DNA of 64,000 nt from Planctomycetota bacterium (GTDB lineage Bacteria; Planctomycetota; UBA1135; UBA2386): positions 1,728,001-1,792,000 of the forward strand of contig JBKAGP010000001.1 in NCBI GenBank assembly GCA_046290465.1, written 5' to 3'. Position 1 is the stretch's first letter. Each line of letters begins with the position of its first letter. The position numbers were made by a program, and so were the translations under genes. The notes under the pieces are model-generated. The model worked only from the letters and a program-made list of their open reading frames with translations, had not been told where the DNA came from and made no database searches. Positions 51,527 through 60,526 of the stretch are shown in pieces.

Positions 51527-53110
51527 CTACTTCTTGGCGACCGGTCCACCGGTCGACACCTGCGTCGTCGGCTTGGCCGGCGCCTTCGGCTTGTCGCTGG
51601 GCTTCTTGCGCAGCCGCAGCTTGCGCATCGTCTCCTGCAGGAACGACTCCATCTTCGACGTCTCCTTGCCGCGCACGAAGTTCCACAGGATGCGGAACCA
51701 GCGCGACGGGCGCAGCAGCAGGCTGCGCACGTAGAAGGCGCGCACGACCTTGTACTTCCACCGCGTCAGCTCCTTGGCGGTGAAGTTGTCGTTGTACTTG
51801 CGGTCCTCGCTGAGGAACGTGTTGTGCACGTAGATCGGCAGCTTCAGGAACGCGTCGTCGTAGGTGACCTTGCCTTCCTTCTCGAGCTGGCGCGTGATCT
51901 CGGTGTTGGGCAGCGGGAAGAAGAAGCCGGCCGAGACGTCGTCGATGCCGGCCTTGCCGAGCCTGGCGGCGAGCTTGACGGTCGCCTCCATGTCCTCCTT
52001 CTCGTCGGTCGGGTAGGCGAGCACGAAGAACGCGCCGACGTTGAGACCAGCCTTCACCGACGCCTTCACGGCGCGGAACAGCTTCTCGTCGGTCAGCATC
52101 TTCTTCATGTGCTTGCGCGTGCGCTCGCTGCCGGACTCCGGCGCGAAGTTCAGCGACTTGCAGCCGCTGCGCACCAGCAGCTCGGCGACCTCCTCGTCGA
52201 TCACCTCGCTGCGCGTGCCGGCCGGCAACTGCCAGGTGATGTCGAGGCCGCGGTTCTCGACCTCCTTGCAGAAGTCGACGACCCAGTTCTTCTTCAGGAT
52301 CGCGGTCAGGTCCTGGAACGGGAAGTTCGTGGCCCGGTACGTCTTGTGGTAGTGCTCGATCTCGTCGATCACCTCGGTCGGGGTGCGCGCGAACCAGCGC
52401 GTCGTCCACATGTTGGGCGAACTGCAGTAGGTGCACTGGTACGGGCAGCCGCGCGTCGCCAGGATCGGCACCGTCTTGCCGTAGTAGATGCCGCTGACCA
52501 GCCGGTTCGACGAGTAGGCGTCGACGTCGAAGAACTCCCACGCCGGCCACGGGATCTGGTCGACGTTCTTGATGCGGTCGCGGCGCTCGTTCTTCTGCAG
52601 CGAGCCGTCGTCCTTGCGGAACGCGATGCCGGGGATGACCGTGTGGTCGAGGCCGAGCTCGAGCGCGCGAAACAGCGCGACCGCCGTCTCCTCGCCCTCG
52701 CCGAGCACCAGGAAGTCGATCGGCGCCTGCTCCATCGACAGCTCCGGCACCGCCGTGAAGTGCTCGCCGCCGCAGACGATCGTCGTGTCCGGGAACGCCT
52801 CGCGCAGCTTCTGGATCAGCTCCCGCACGATCGGCCAGCTGTAGCTCCACATGCTGGTGACCCCGATCGCCTGGGTGTCCTTCGGGATCCGCTCGATGAT
52901 CTCCTCGGGGGTCAGGCCGAGCCGCCAGATGTCGCCGTCGGGGATCATCTGCTCGGGGGCGTCCCCGAGGGCGTCGATGACCGTGAGTTCGTGATCGTCG
53001 TCGCGGAGCACCGCTGCGATGTAGGCCAGACCGAGCGGAAGGCTCGGTCGCAGCGCGGTGAGGCCGTTCTTGTTGATGTAGACCGGCGGGTGGATCAGCG
53101 TGACCTTCAT
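51527..53110 (-). CDS. B12-binding radical SAM protein
   Basis: PLGLAYIAA, VCGGEH, GEGE, TRGCPYQCTYC, PESGS. Confidence 0.93.
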   Translation of the reverse strand: MKVTLIHPPVYINKNGLTALRPSLPLGLAYIAAVLRDDDHELTVIDALGDAPEQMIPDGDIWRLGLTPEEIIERIPKDTQAIGVTSMWSYSWPIVRELIQKLREAFPDTTIVCGGEHFTAVPELSMEQAPIDFLVLGEGEETAVALFRALELGLDHTVIPGIAFRKDDGSLQKNERRDRIKNVDQIPWPAWEFFDVDAYSSNRLVSGIYYGKTVPILATRGCPYQCTYCSSPNMWTTRWFARTPTEVIDEIEHYHKTYRATNFPFQDLTAILKKNWVVDFCKEVENRGLDITWQLPAGTRSEVIDEEVAELLVRSGCKSLNFAPESGSERTRKHMKKMLTDEKLFRAVKASVKAGLNVGAFFVLAYPTDEKEDMEATVKLAARLGKAGIDDVSAGFFFPLPNTEITRQLEKEGKVTYDDAFLKLPIYVHNTFLSEDRKYNDNFTAKELTRWKYKVVRAFYVRSLLLRPSRWFRILWNFVRGKETSKMESFLQETMRKLRLRKKPSDKPKAPAKPTTQVSTGGPVAKK

Positions 53111-53375
53111 GCGGAGGCGAGGTTCCCAGGTGTGGGACGGAGGACTATAGCATCTCGATCTAGCCCTGAAATGGGGCGGTATCCACTCCAGCGGCATTAA
53201 GTTCTCGGAACTTTCGACGTTGCGGCTGGGGCGAATCGGCGCGGGCCGATCCCAGATCGAGCCTGCGCGGCCTCGGCGAGACGCGAGAACTGCCGCTGCG
53301 TCGTCGCTACCAGGATCGAGGTCGCTACAACGAACGGGTCGGGGCGCCCGTTCGCGCGCGCCCACCCCACCCAAG

Positions 53376-54926
53376 ATGAACCTCCACCAGGTCGCCCGTC
53401 TGATGGCGGGCTTCGCCGGCCTTTTCTCGCTGGCGCAACTGCCAGCGCTGGTCTCGGCCCTGACCGAGGGCCGCCGCGACGATCTGTCTCCCGTTGCCGG
53501 CTTCACGACCAGCATCGTCGCGGGCCTCGCCGTCGCCGGCACGCTGTGGCTGCTCGGCCGCCGCGACCGCACGCAGATCTTCCGCAAGGAGACGATCGCC
53601 GTCGCCGGCCTGTCGTGGTTCCTCGCCGGCATGATCGGCGCGATCCCGTTCTACGTGTCCGGACTGCTGTCGCCGATCGACGCGTTCTTCGAGGCGATGA
53701 GCGGGCTGACCACCTGTGGTGCGACGGTGCTCGCCAGCGGCGAGAACATGCAGATCGACGAGGTCGCGCCGAGCCTGCTGCTGTGGCGGGCCATGCTGCA
53801 GTGGATCGGCGGCGCCGGCATCGTGTTGCTGTTCGTCGCGTTGCTGCCGGCGATGGGTGTCAGCGCCAAGAACCTGCTGTCGTCCGAGTCGGTCGGCGTC
53901 GCCACCGACACCTACCTGCCGCGCGCGGTCGAGAAGGCGCGCTACGTCGCCACGATCTACATCGGCATGACCACCGTGTGCACGGTGCTGCTGGTGCTGG
54001 TCGGCGGCTTCGGCTGGTTCGATGCGATGTGCCACGCGTTCACGACGATGGCGACCGGCGGCTACTCGACCAAGGCGAGCGTCGCCGAGTTCGACAGCCT
54101 CGGCGGCGAACTGGTGCTGATCGTGTTCATGTTCCTCGCCGGCGCCAGCCTCGCGGTGGTCGCCACGCACTGCCGCACCGGCGTGCGCTGCGTCGGCAAG
54201 CTGGTGCAGTCCGCCGAGTTCCGCACCTACACCGCGGCGACCCTCGCGCTGGTCGCGGTGCTGACGATCTCGCTGGTGCGGATGGGCTTCTCGTTCGGCG
54301 AAGCGCTGCGGCTGGCGGCGTTCAACGGCGTCAGCGTTCTGACCTCGACCGGCTACGCGACCAGCGACTTCCAGGCGTGGCCGCCAACCGCGACGCTGTG
54401 CCTGTTCGCAGCGATGTTCGTCGGCGGCTGCAGCGGCTCGACCGCCGGCGGCTTCAAGCAGGTCCGCCTGCTGGTGATCCTGCGCCTGCTCGGCTACACG
54501 CTGCGCCAGTTCGTGCGGCCGAAGACCGTCGAACGGATCAAGCTCGACAACGAGGTGCTGCCTGCCGCGGTGATCTCGACGATCCTCGCAATCGTGCTGC
54601 TGTGGGGCGTCACCGTGGTCACCGGCGCCGTGCTGATCAGCTTCGACGAACGGCTCAACTTCGTCGCCGCGTTCGCCGCCAGCGCCAGCATGGTCGGCTC
54701 CTGCGGCCCGGCGCTGACCATCGTCGATCCCGGCACGACGCAAGAACTGATCGCCAGCGGCCAGGCCGCACAGACGCTCGCCGACACGCCCAACCTCGGC
54801 CCGTTCGGCGGCTACGGCGAGCTGCAGGGCTGGACCAAGCTGCTGATGTCGGTGCAGATGGTGTTCGGCCGCCTCGAGCTGCTGACCGTGCTGGCCCTGT
54901 TCTCCCCCAACTTCTGGCGCCGCTAG
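53376..54926 (+). CDS. trkH: TrkH family potassium uptake protein
   Basis: FEAMSGLTTCG, LQWIGG, TMATGG, TSTGY, GGCSGSTAGG, GRLE. Confidence 0.93.
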   Translation: MNLHQVARLMAGFAGLFSLAQLPALVSALTEGRRDDLSPVAGFTTSIVAGLAVAGTLWLLGRRDRTQIFRKETIAVAGLSWFLAGMIGAIPFYVSGLLSPIDAFFEAMSGLTTCGATVLASGENMQIDEVAPSLLLWRAMLQWIGGAGIVLLFVALLPAMGVSAKNLLSSESVGVATDTYLPRAVEKARYVATIYIGMTTVCTVLLVLVGGFGWFDAMCHAFTTMATGGYSTKASVAEFDSLGGELVLIVFMFLAGASLAVVATHCRTGVRCVGKLVQSAEFRTYTAATLALVAVLTISLVRMGFSFGEALRLAAFNGVSVLTSTGYATSDFQAWPPTATLCLFAAMFVGGCSGSTAGGFKQVRLLVILRLLGYTLRQFVRPKTVERIKLDNEVLPAAVISTILAIVLLWGVTVVTGAVLISFDERLNFVAAFAASASMVGSCGPALTIVDPGTTQELIASGQAAQTLADTPNLGPFGGYGELQGWTKLLMSVQMVFGRLELLTVLALFSPNFWRR

Positions 54927-55181
54927 GAGCGCGTCCAGGTAGTGGACGCGCTGCCAACCGTGAGCGCGGAAGCGGCGTGTACGCGTGCGGACGGGGCTTT
55001 GCCCGCTAGGAGCGCGTCCATGGAGTGGACGCGCTGCCAACCGGGATCGCGGAAGCGGCGAGTACGCGTGCGGACTGGGCTTTGCCCGCTAGGAGCGCGT
55101 CCAGGTAGTGGACGCGCTGCCAACCGTGAGCGCGGAAGCGGCGAGTACGCGTGCGGACGGGGCTTTGCCCGCTAGGAGCGC
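54923..55181 (+). repeat. Tandem array (3 x 83 bp plus partial) of the CTAG-bounded REP-like element
   Basis: CTAG at 54923, 55006, 55089, 55172; hairpin AGCGCGTCCA-N5-TGGACGCGCT in each unit. Confidence 0.95.
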
Positions 55182-55188
55182 CTCGCGG

Positions 55189-56538
55189 TCAGTCGCGATC
55201 GCTGAGCACGACCTTGTCGCGCTTCTTGAAGATGATGCGGATCGGGACCTCCTCGCAGTCGAAGGCGACGCGCAGACGCTGCTCGAGGTAGCGGCGGTAC
55301 TGGTCCTTGAACAGCTTGGGGTCGTTGACGAACACGATCAACGTGACCGGCTCGGTGCCGACCTGGGTGCCGTAGAACAGCTTGGGGATGTTGCCCCCGG
55401 ACGGCATCAGGCGCTCGCGCGCCGACTGCAGCTCCTCGTTGAGCTTCGGCGTCGGGAAGTGGCGCGCGGTCTGCTCGCGCAGGTCGAACAGCAGATCGAG
55501 CATGCCGTCGACGTTGGTGCCGTCGAGCGCGGACACGAACACCACCGGCGCGTGGTCGAGGCCCGGCAGCTGCTGCTTGATGTACTTGTCCCACTTCTCG
55601 ATGTCGAACGCCTTGGGCCCTTCCTTCGGCGCCAGGTCGACCTTGTTGCCGACCAGGATCACGGGCTTGCTGTGTTCGACGCAGTAGGCGGCGAGGTTCT
55701 TGTCGACCTGGCTGATCTTCTCGCGCACGTCGAACATGTGGATGCAGACGTGCGCGCGGCGGATCGACTCGGTGCTGCGCGAATGCGCGAAGATCTCGAT
55801 TGCGTGCTCGACGCTCTTCTTCTTGCGCACGCCGGCGGTGTCGATCGCCAGCAGCTTCTTGCCGGCGTGCTCGAACTCGATGTCGACCGCGTCGCGCGTC
55901 GTGCCCGGCACGTCGCTGACGATCACGCGGTCCTCGCCGGCGAGCCGGTTGAGCATCGTCGACTTGCCGGAGTTGCGCTTGCCGACGATCGCGAACCGCA
56001 GCGTGCTCTCGTCCTCGCCGGCGGCGTCCGGGTCGACGACCTCGGGCACCTCCTGGGCGACGCGCTCGAGCAGTTCGTGGATGCCGAAGCCCTCCTTGGC
56101 GCTGATCACCAGCGGGTCGCCGAAGCCGATGCGCAGCCACTCCGGCGCGCTCAGCTCGTCGTAGTGCGACTCGATCTTGTTGACGACCAGCAGCGCCTTC
56201 TTGCCGAGCTGCCGCAGCTTGCGCGCGACCATGTCGTCGCTCGGCACGCGGCCCTCCTTGCCGTCGACGACGAACAGGATCAGGTCGGCCGTCTCCAGCG
56301 CGATCTGGATCTGCTCCTCGATGTGGTTCTTCAGCAGGGCCTCGTCGACCAGGCCGAGGCCGCCGGTGTCGACCAGCTCGAAGGCCCGGCCGTCCTGGCG
56401 GATGATCACCGAGATCCGGTCGCGGGTGACGCCCGCCGTCGGTTCGACGATCGACACGCGCCGCCCCGCCAGGCGGTTCATCAGGCTGGACTTGCCGACA
56501 TTGGGTCGGCCAACGATCGCTACGCGGGGAAGGGTCAC
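55189..56538 (-). CDS. der: Ribosome biogenesis GTPase Der
   Basis: Two G domains: GRPNVGKS/DTGG/NKIE and GKRNSGKS/DTAG/NKVD; KH-like tail. Confidence 0.97.
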   Translation of the reverse strand: MTLPRVAIVGRPNVGKSSLMNRLAGRRVSIVEPTAGVTRDRISVIIRQDGRAFELVDTGGLGLVDEALLKNHIEEQIQIALETADLILFVVDGKEGRVPSDDMVARKLRQLGKKALLVVNKIESHYDELSAPEWLRIGFGDPLVISAKEGFGIHELLERVAQEVPEVVDPDAAGEDESTLRFAIVGKRNSGKSTMLNRLAGEDRVIVSDVPGTTRDAVDIEFEHAGKKLLAIDTAGVRKKKSVEHAIEIFAHSRSTESIRRAHVCIHMFDVREKISQVDKNLAAYCVEHSKPVILVGNKVDLAPKEGPKAFDIEKWDKYIKQQLPGLDHAPVVFVSALDGTNVDGMLDLLFDLREQTARHFPTPKLNEELQSARERLMPSGGNIPKLFYGTQVGTEPVTLIVFVNDPKLFKDQYRRYLEQRLRVAFDCEEVPIRIIFKKRDKVVLSDRD

Positions 56539-56757
56539 GGGAAGGGGCGAGAACCATACGGACTGAACGCCCGCGACTCCAGCGGCGGCTTCTCCATGGT
56601 TCCACGGACGGGTTTTTCCAACCCGGCAAGCTCCGTAGCGCCAACCACATAGGAACTCGCCGTAGGAGTCTTCCAGCATGCCGCTCAAGCCCGGCTGCGA
56701 ACCGTCCGATGACAACGGCTGTCGGCGCCCAGGAATCGTCGGCAGGAGAACAAACAA

Positions 56758-57423
56758 ATGTTGGTCGAGACCAAGCCAACGGTGCCTTCGGGCCTCTCGA
56801 GCGCTACCGCCCCCCTGATCCGGGTCGTCGATGACGAGTCCGCGATCCAGGCGCTCTTCGAACGGATCGGTCAGCTGTGCGGCTTCGAGGTCGACTGCCA
56901 CAGCACTGCCGAGTCGTTCCTCAACGCCTTCGACGACGAGCGGCCCGGCTGCCTCGTCATCGACCTGATGCTCCCGGATCGCTCCGGCATCGAGGTCCTG
57001 CAGGAGGTCACCGAGGGCGGCTGCGAACTGCCGGTGGTGTTCATGAGCGGCATGGCGCGCGTCTCCGAGGCCGTGCAGGCCCTCAAGCTCGGCAGCATCG
57101 ACTTCGTCGAGAAGCCGTTCGACGTGCAGCAGATCGCCGAGGTGCTGCGCCGCGCGGTCGATCTCGACCTGCGTCGCCGCCGCCAGGGTCAGGACCAGGA
57201 CGAGCTGCGCCGCCGCTTCGAGTCGCTGACGCGCCGCGAGCGCCAGGTGATGGAGCAGATCGTGCGCGGCGCCGCCAACAAGGAAGTGGCCGCGAGCCTC
57301 GGCCTCAGCCACAAGACCGTCGAGGTCCACCGCGCCAACGTGATGCGCAAGACGCAGGCGGGCTCGCTGGCCGAACTGGTCCGCATGCACGTCGCGGCGC
57401 ACCCGAACGCGCAGTCGGCGTAG
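56758..57423 (+). CDS. FixJ-family response regulator (REC + LuxR HTH)
   Basis: AGGAGA RBS; VVDDE, PGCLVIDL, DFVEKPF, LTRRERQV..NKEVA..LSHKTVEVHRANVMRK. Confidence 0.93.
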   Translation: MLVETKPTVPSGLSSATAPLIRVVDDESAIQALFERIGQLCGFEVDCHSTAESFLNAFDDERPGCLVIDLMLPDRSGIEVLQEVTEGGCELPVVFMSGMARVSEAVQALKLGSIDFVEKPFDVQQIAEVLRRAVDLDLRRRRQGQDQDELRRRFESLTRRERQVMEQIVRGAANKEVAASLGLSHKTVEVHRANVMRKTQAGSLAELVRMHVAAHPNAQSA

Positions 57424-57466
57424 CCCCGGGGCGTCGGCTCGCCGACGACGCTGCCAGGTTCTCCGC

Positions 57467-58249
57467 TCAGTAGAGCAGCGTCGCGAGCCGACGACGATAG
57501 GCGTCCAGCCGTTCGTCGTCCTCTCCCACCACCGCGAAGCAGACCAGCATCGCCTTGCGCGCGAGGCCGTCCTGGAAGTCGCGATCCACGGTCGCCGACT
57601 CGAGGACCGCGTCCATCGCCGCGACGTAGTCCTTGGCCAGGAACTGCCGGCGTGCCTGCACGAGGTGCTGGGCCGCTTCCTGCTGCACGTTCTCGAGTTC
57701 GGGCGCGAACCACGCCAACCCCGCCTGCAGCCGCTGGCCGGCGGCAAAGTGCTCGTCCTCCTCCGGGATGCCGGCGAGCGCGTCCTCGACGTCCGCGGCG
57801 TTGCCGAGCGACGCCGCCATCCGGGCCCGCTCGATGCGCGCCTCGGGGCTGTCCGGATCGACCGCGACGGCCTCGTCCGCGACCGGTTCGTCGGCGGCCG
57901 CCGCGCCCTTGTGGATGCCGTGCTTGTCGAGGAACGTGACGATCTCGGCCTCCGGCAGCGCCCCCTGGAAGCCGTCGACCGGCTTGCCCTCGTGCACCAG
58001 CACGCAGAACGGGATGCCCTGCACGCCGAACGCGTAGGCCAGGTCCTGTTCCTTGTCGGCGTCGACCTTGCCGAGCACGAAGCCGCCGCCGTAGTCCCCG
58101 GCGAGCTTCTCGAGCGTCGGCCCCAGGGTGCGGCACGGCCCGCACCACTCGGCCCAGAAGTCGAGCAGCACCGGGGTCGTCATCGACTGCTCGACGACGT
58201 CCTGCTGGAAGGTGGCTGCGGTGATGTCCTTGACGTGCGCTCCGGGCAT
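57467..58249 (-). CDS. ybbN: Thioredoxin-TPR chaperedoxin (YbbN/CnoX)
   Basis: DFWAEWCGPC; C-terminal ARKAML..YRRRLATLLY. Confidence 0.9.
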   Translation of the reverse strand: MPGAHVKDITAATFQQDVVEQSMTTPVLLDFWAEWCGPCRTLGPTLEKLAGDYGGGFVLGKVDADKEQDLAYAFGVQGIPFCVLVHEGKPVDGFQGALPEAEIVTFLDKHGIHKGAAAADEPVADEAVAVDPDSPEARIERARMAASLGNAADVEDALAGIPEEDEHFAAGQRLQAGLAWFAPELENVQQEAAQHLVQARRQFLAKDYVAAMDAVLESATVDRDFQDGLARKAMLVCFAVVGEDDERLDAYRRRLATLLY

Positions 58250-58438
58250 GACCCCCGTCTGTAGGAGCCCGGGCCGCCGCAGTCAACGAAAGCCACCCCG
58301 GGGATCGCCCGGCGGCGGGCCGCGCCGCAACCTCGTCGGCCAGCGCCGACACGCCCTTGTCGTTACGCGGCCGCTACATCGCCCAACCGGCGGCCCCGGA
58401 GCCCCCCCGCCGCCCCCTGCTGGGTCCCGACCGGCGCG

Positions 58439-58455
58439 TTGGCACGGTAGTTGTC
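58439..58455 (+). promoter_or_regulatory. sigma54-like promoter (TTGGCACG-N4-TTGT)
   Basis: Perfect -24 box; -12 is GT rather than GC. Confidence 0.4.
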
Positions 58456-58456
58456 T

Positions 58457-58544
58457 AAGAAGAGATACCGGCCCGGGGCCACGCACCACCAGGATGGGGT
58501 GCGTGAGAGAGAGGCGACCGTTGCCCCGGGTCGGCATCTTCTTC
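58457..58544 (+). ncRNA. Candidate structured small RNA (closing stem plus GGA-loop hairpin)
   Basis: CCGGCCCGGGGC pairs with GCCCCGGGTCGG; inner CACGCACC-A-CCA-GGA-TGG-GGTGCGTG; pyrimidine tail. Confidence 0.45.
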
Positions 58545-58568
58545 GCTGCCGACAGCCTCCCCCGACCG

Positions 58569-59489
58569 CTACGCGGTCATGCCCATCGAGCCGAGCAGCG
58601 AGGTCACCAGCTCGAGGATCGCGAACACCAGCGCGCCGAAGCCGAGCTGCACGACCTGCGCCACGATCGCCTGGCCGCGGGTCAGGCCGAACAACAGGCA
58701 CAGCCAGAACAGCGACACGCTGCCGTTGAACAGCACCATGACGCTGACCGACAGGTCGTTGACCGGGACCATCGCGACCTGCGCGAACGCGGTCAGCAGG
58801 TACCAGATGCCGAGGCCGACGCTGCGGCCGAGCCGCGGCCGCTCGCCGCCGCAGATGTGCACCGACATGTGCACGATCAGCCCCGAGCCGACCAACAGCA
58901 GCAGGCCGAGGCTGATCCACTGGCTCGGCGCCGCCGGCGCCAGCCAGGGATAGGCGCGATCGAGCGCCTCGATGCGCCGCTTGAGATGGAAGCGATGGCG
59001 CATGTCGACCGGCACGTTCTGCGGGCTGCCGGGGTCGATCGGATCCTGCAGCGGACCGCTCCACGAGATCTTCGGCTCGGCCGGCCCGGGCGCGGCATCG
59101 GGCGCGGCTTCGGGCGCGGCCGTGCCGGCCTCCGGCGCCGCCGCAGGATCGGCCGCTGCGGTCGCAGGCGCGTTCGCGTCCGCGGCGGAGCCGGCCTCGG
59201 GCTTGCCCTCGGCGGGCTTCGAAGCGGCGGCGTTCGCCTTCTCGTCCTCGAGCACGGCGCGCGACGCAGGATCGTCGCCGTCGCGGAAGCGACAGCTGCG
59301 GATCGACGACGCAGGAACGCGCACGACCTTGCCGTCGACCTCGATCGCGAGTTGCTCGAGGTCCATCTCGAGCACCCGGCCCTCGAGCCTCCGGCCATCG
59401 TCGAGCAGGACGGCGGCATGACGCTCCTGCGCCTCGAGCGGCGCGAGCAGCGTGCACGCAAACGCGAACATTGCAGCAAGACGGATCAT
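58569..59489 (-). CDS. Hypothetical membrane protein (signal peptide, Pro/Ala linker, ~4 C-terminal TM helices)
   Basis: Hydropathy pattern and codon bias; alternative start at 59504. Confidence 0.7.
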   Translation of the reverse strand: MIRLAAMFAFACTLLAPLEAQERHAAVLLDDGRRLEGRVLEMDLEQLAIEVDGKVVRVPASSIRSCRFRDGDDPASRAVLEDEKANAAASKPAEGKPEAGSAADANAPATAAADPAAAPEAGTAAPEAAPDAAPGPAEPKISWSGPLQDPIDPGSPQNVPVDMRHRFHLKRRIEALDRAYPWLAPAAPSQWISLGLLLLVGSGLIVHMSVHICGGERPRLGRSVGLGIWYLLTAFAQVAMVPVNDLSVSVMVLFNGSVSLFWLCLLFGLTRGQAIVAQVVQLGFGALVFAILELVTSLLGSMGMTA

Positions 59490-59662
59490 GTCGGAATGGG
59501 GCATCGACGCGCGGTCCTGCCGCCTTGAGGCAGGAAGTCCCGTCCCGAGGCGGCCGCCGATGGCATCGCCCTCTGGCAGCCATCGTCGGTGCGCCCTACC
59601 CTTGGCATGCGGCCGTTCGCGAAACGCCGCTCCCGGACCTTCGCTGTGCCGCGCCGATCCCG

Positions 59663-60523
59663 ATGACGACGAACCTTCGCCCGATCTCCTGCGCCCTGTT
59701 GGCGACGCTCGCGCTGCCGCTCGGTGCCCAGGAGCTCCCCGACCTCGAGACCCTGGCACGCAAGGTCGGCGCCGCGCACCGCCCCGACGGGCCGACGGCC
59801 AAGGTCGAGGCGTTCACCTGCAAGCTCGAGATCGAGCTGACCGACGTGCGCGAGAAGAACGGCGGCCAGGCGGGTCTGACGGTCCAGTTCCTCGAACAGC
59901 CGCGCAAGGCGCCGAAGAAGCCGCGCACCTACATCCGCTACGAGGTGACCGACGCCGAGCGGCCGATCCGCCGCGGCAACGACCGCTTCGGCCCGTGGCA
60001 CCTGGCGCAGGGCAAGCCCGCCGACCTGACGGCCGCCGGCTCCGAGCAGGATCTGGCGTCGCTGCGCGAACACACCAACCTGGCCCGGCAGCTGGTGCGC
60101 TTCCTGTCGCCCGAGGCAGTGCTGGGCGCACTGCAGAAGCCGACCAAGGTCCAGAACGACAAGCTGCGACTCGGCCGCAAGGCGACCCCGGTGCTGAGCG
60201 TCAGCGGCGACCTCGAGCGGTTCCCGCTGATGCAGAACGCCGGCGACGAAGCGCCGGCCTACGTGACGATCTACATCGACGAGAAGAGCCACCGGCTGCT
60301 CGGCGTCGACGCCTGGCCGCTGAAGGACGGCAAGCCCGACCGGCTGCGCGGCGAACGCATCGTGCTCGAGTCGATGCGGCCGGTCGACGGCCTGCTGGTG
60401 CCGCACACGCTGCGCTACCTGTGGCGCGACGCCAGCGGCAAGCTGCGCAGCCACTCGATCGCCAGGATCCTCAAGCTCCGGTTGCGGCCGGAGCTGACGG
60501 TCGCCGACTTCAACCGCAGCTGA
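59663..60523 (+). CDS. Exported hypothetical protein (possibly LolA-like beta fold)
   Basis: Signal peptide LALPLGA-Q; VTIYIDEKSHRL..VDGLLVP pattern. Confidence 0.65.
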   Translation: MTTNLRPISCALLATLALPLGAQELPDLETLARKVGAAHRPDGPTAKVEAFTCKLEIELTDVREKNGGQAGLTVQFLEQPRKAPKKPRTYIRYEVTDAERPIRRGNDRFGPWHLAQGKPADLTAAGSEQDLASLREHTNLARQLVRFLSPEAVLGALQKPTKVQNDKLRLGRKATPVLSVSGDLERFPLMQNAGDEAPAYVTIYIDEKSHRLLGVDAWPLKDGKPDRLRGERIVLESMRPVDGLLVPHTLRYLWRDASGKLRSHSIARILKLRLRPELTVADFNRS

Positions 60524-60526
60524 CCG

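Noticed and set aside
54923..55181. CRISPR array
   Set aside because: Units are near-identical over all 83 bp with no unique spacers, and there are no cas genes in the window.
58457..58544. SRP RNA, tRNA, 6S RNA or known riboswitch
   Set aside because: Lacks the SRP CAGG..GRAA..AGCA core, a cloverleaf with T-loop, 6S length, and any aptamer motif I recognise.
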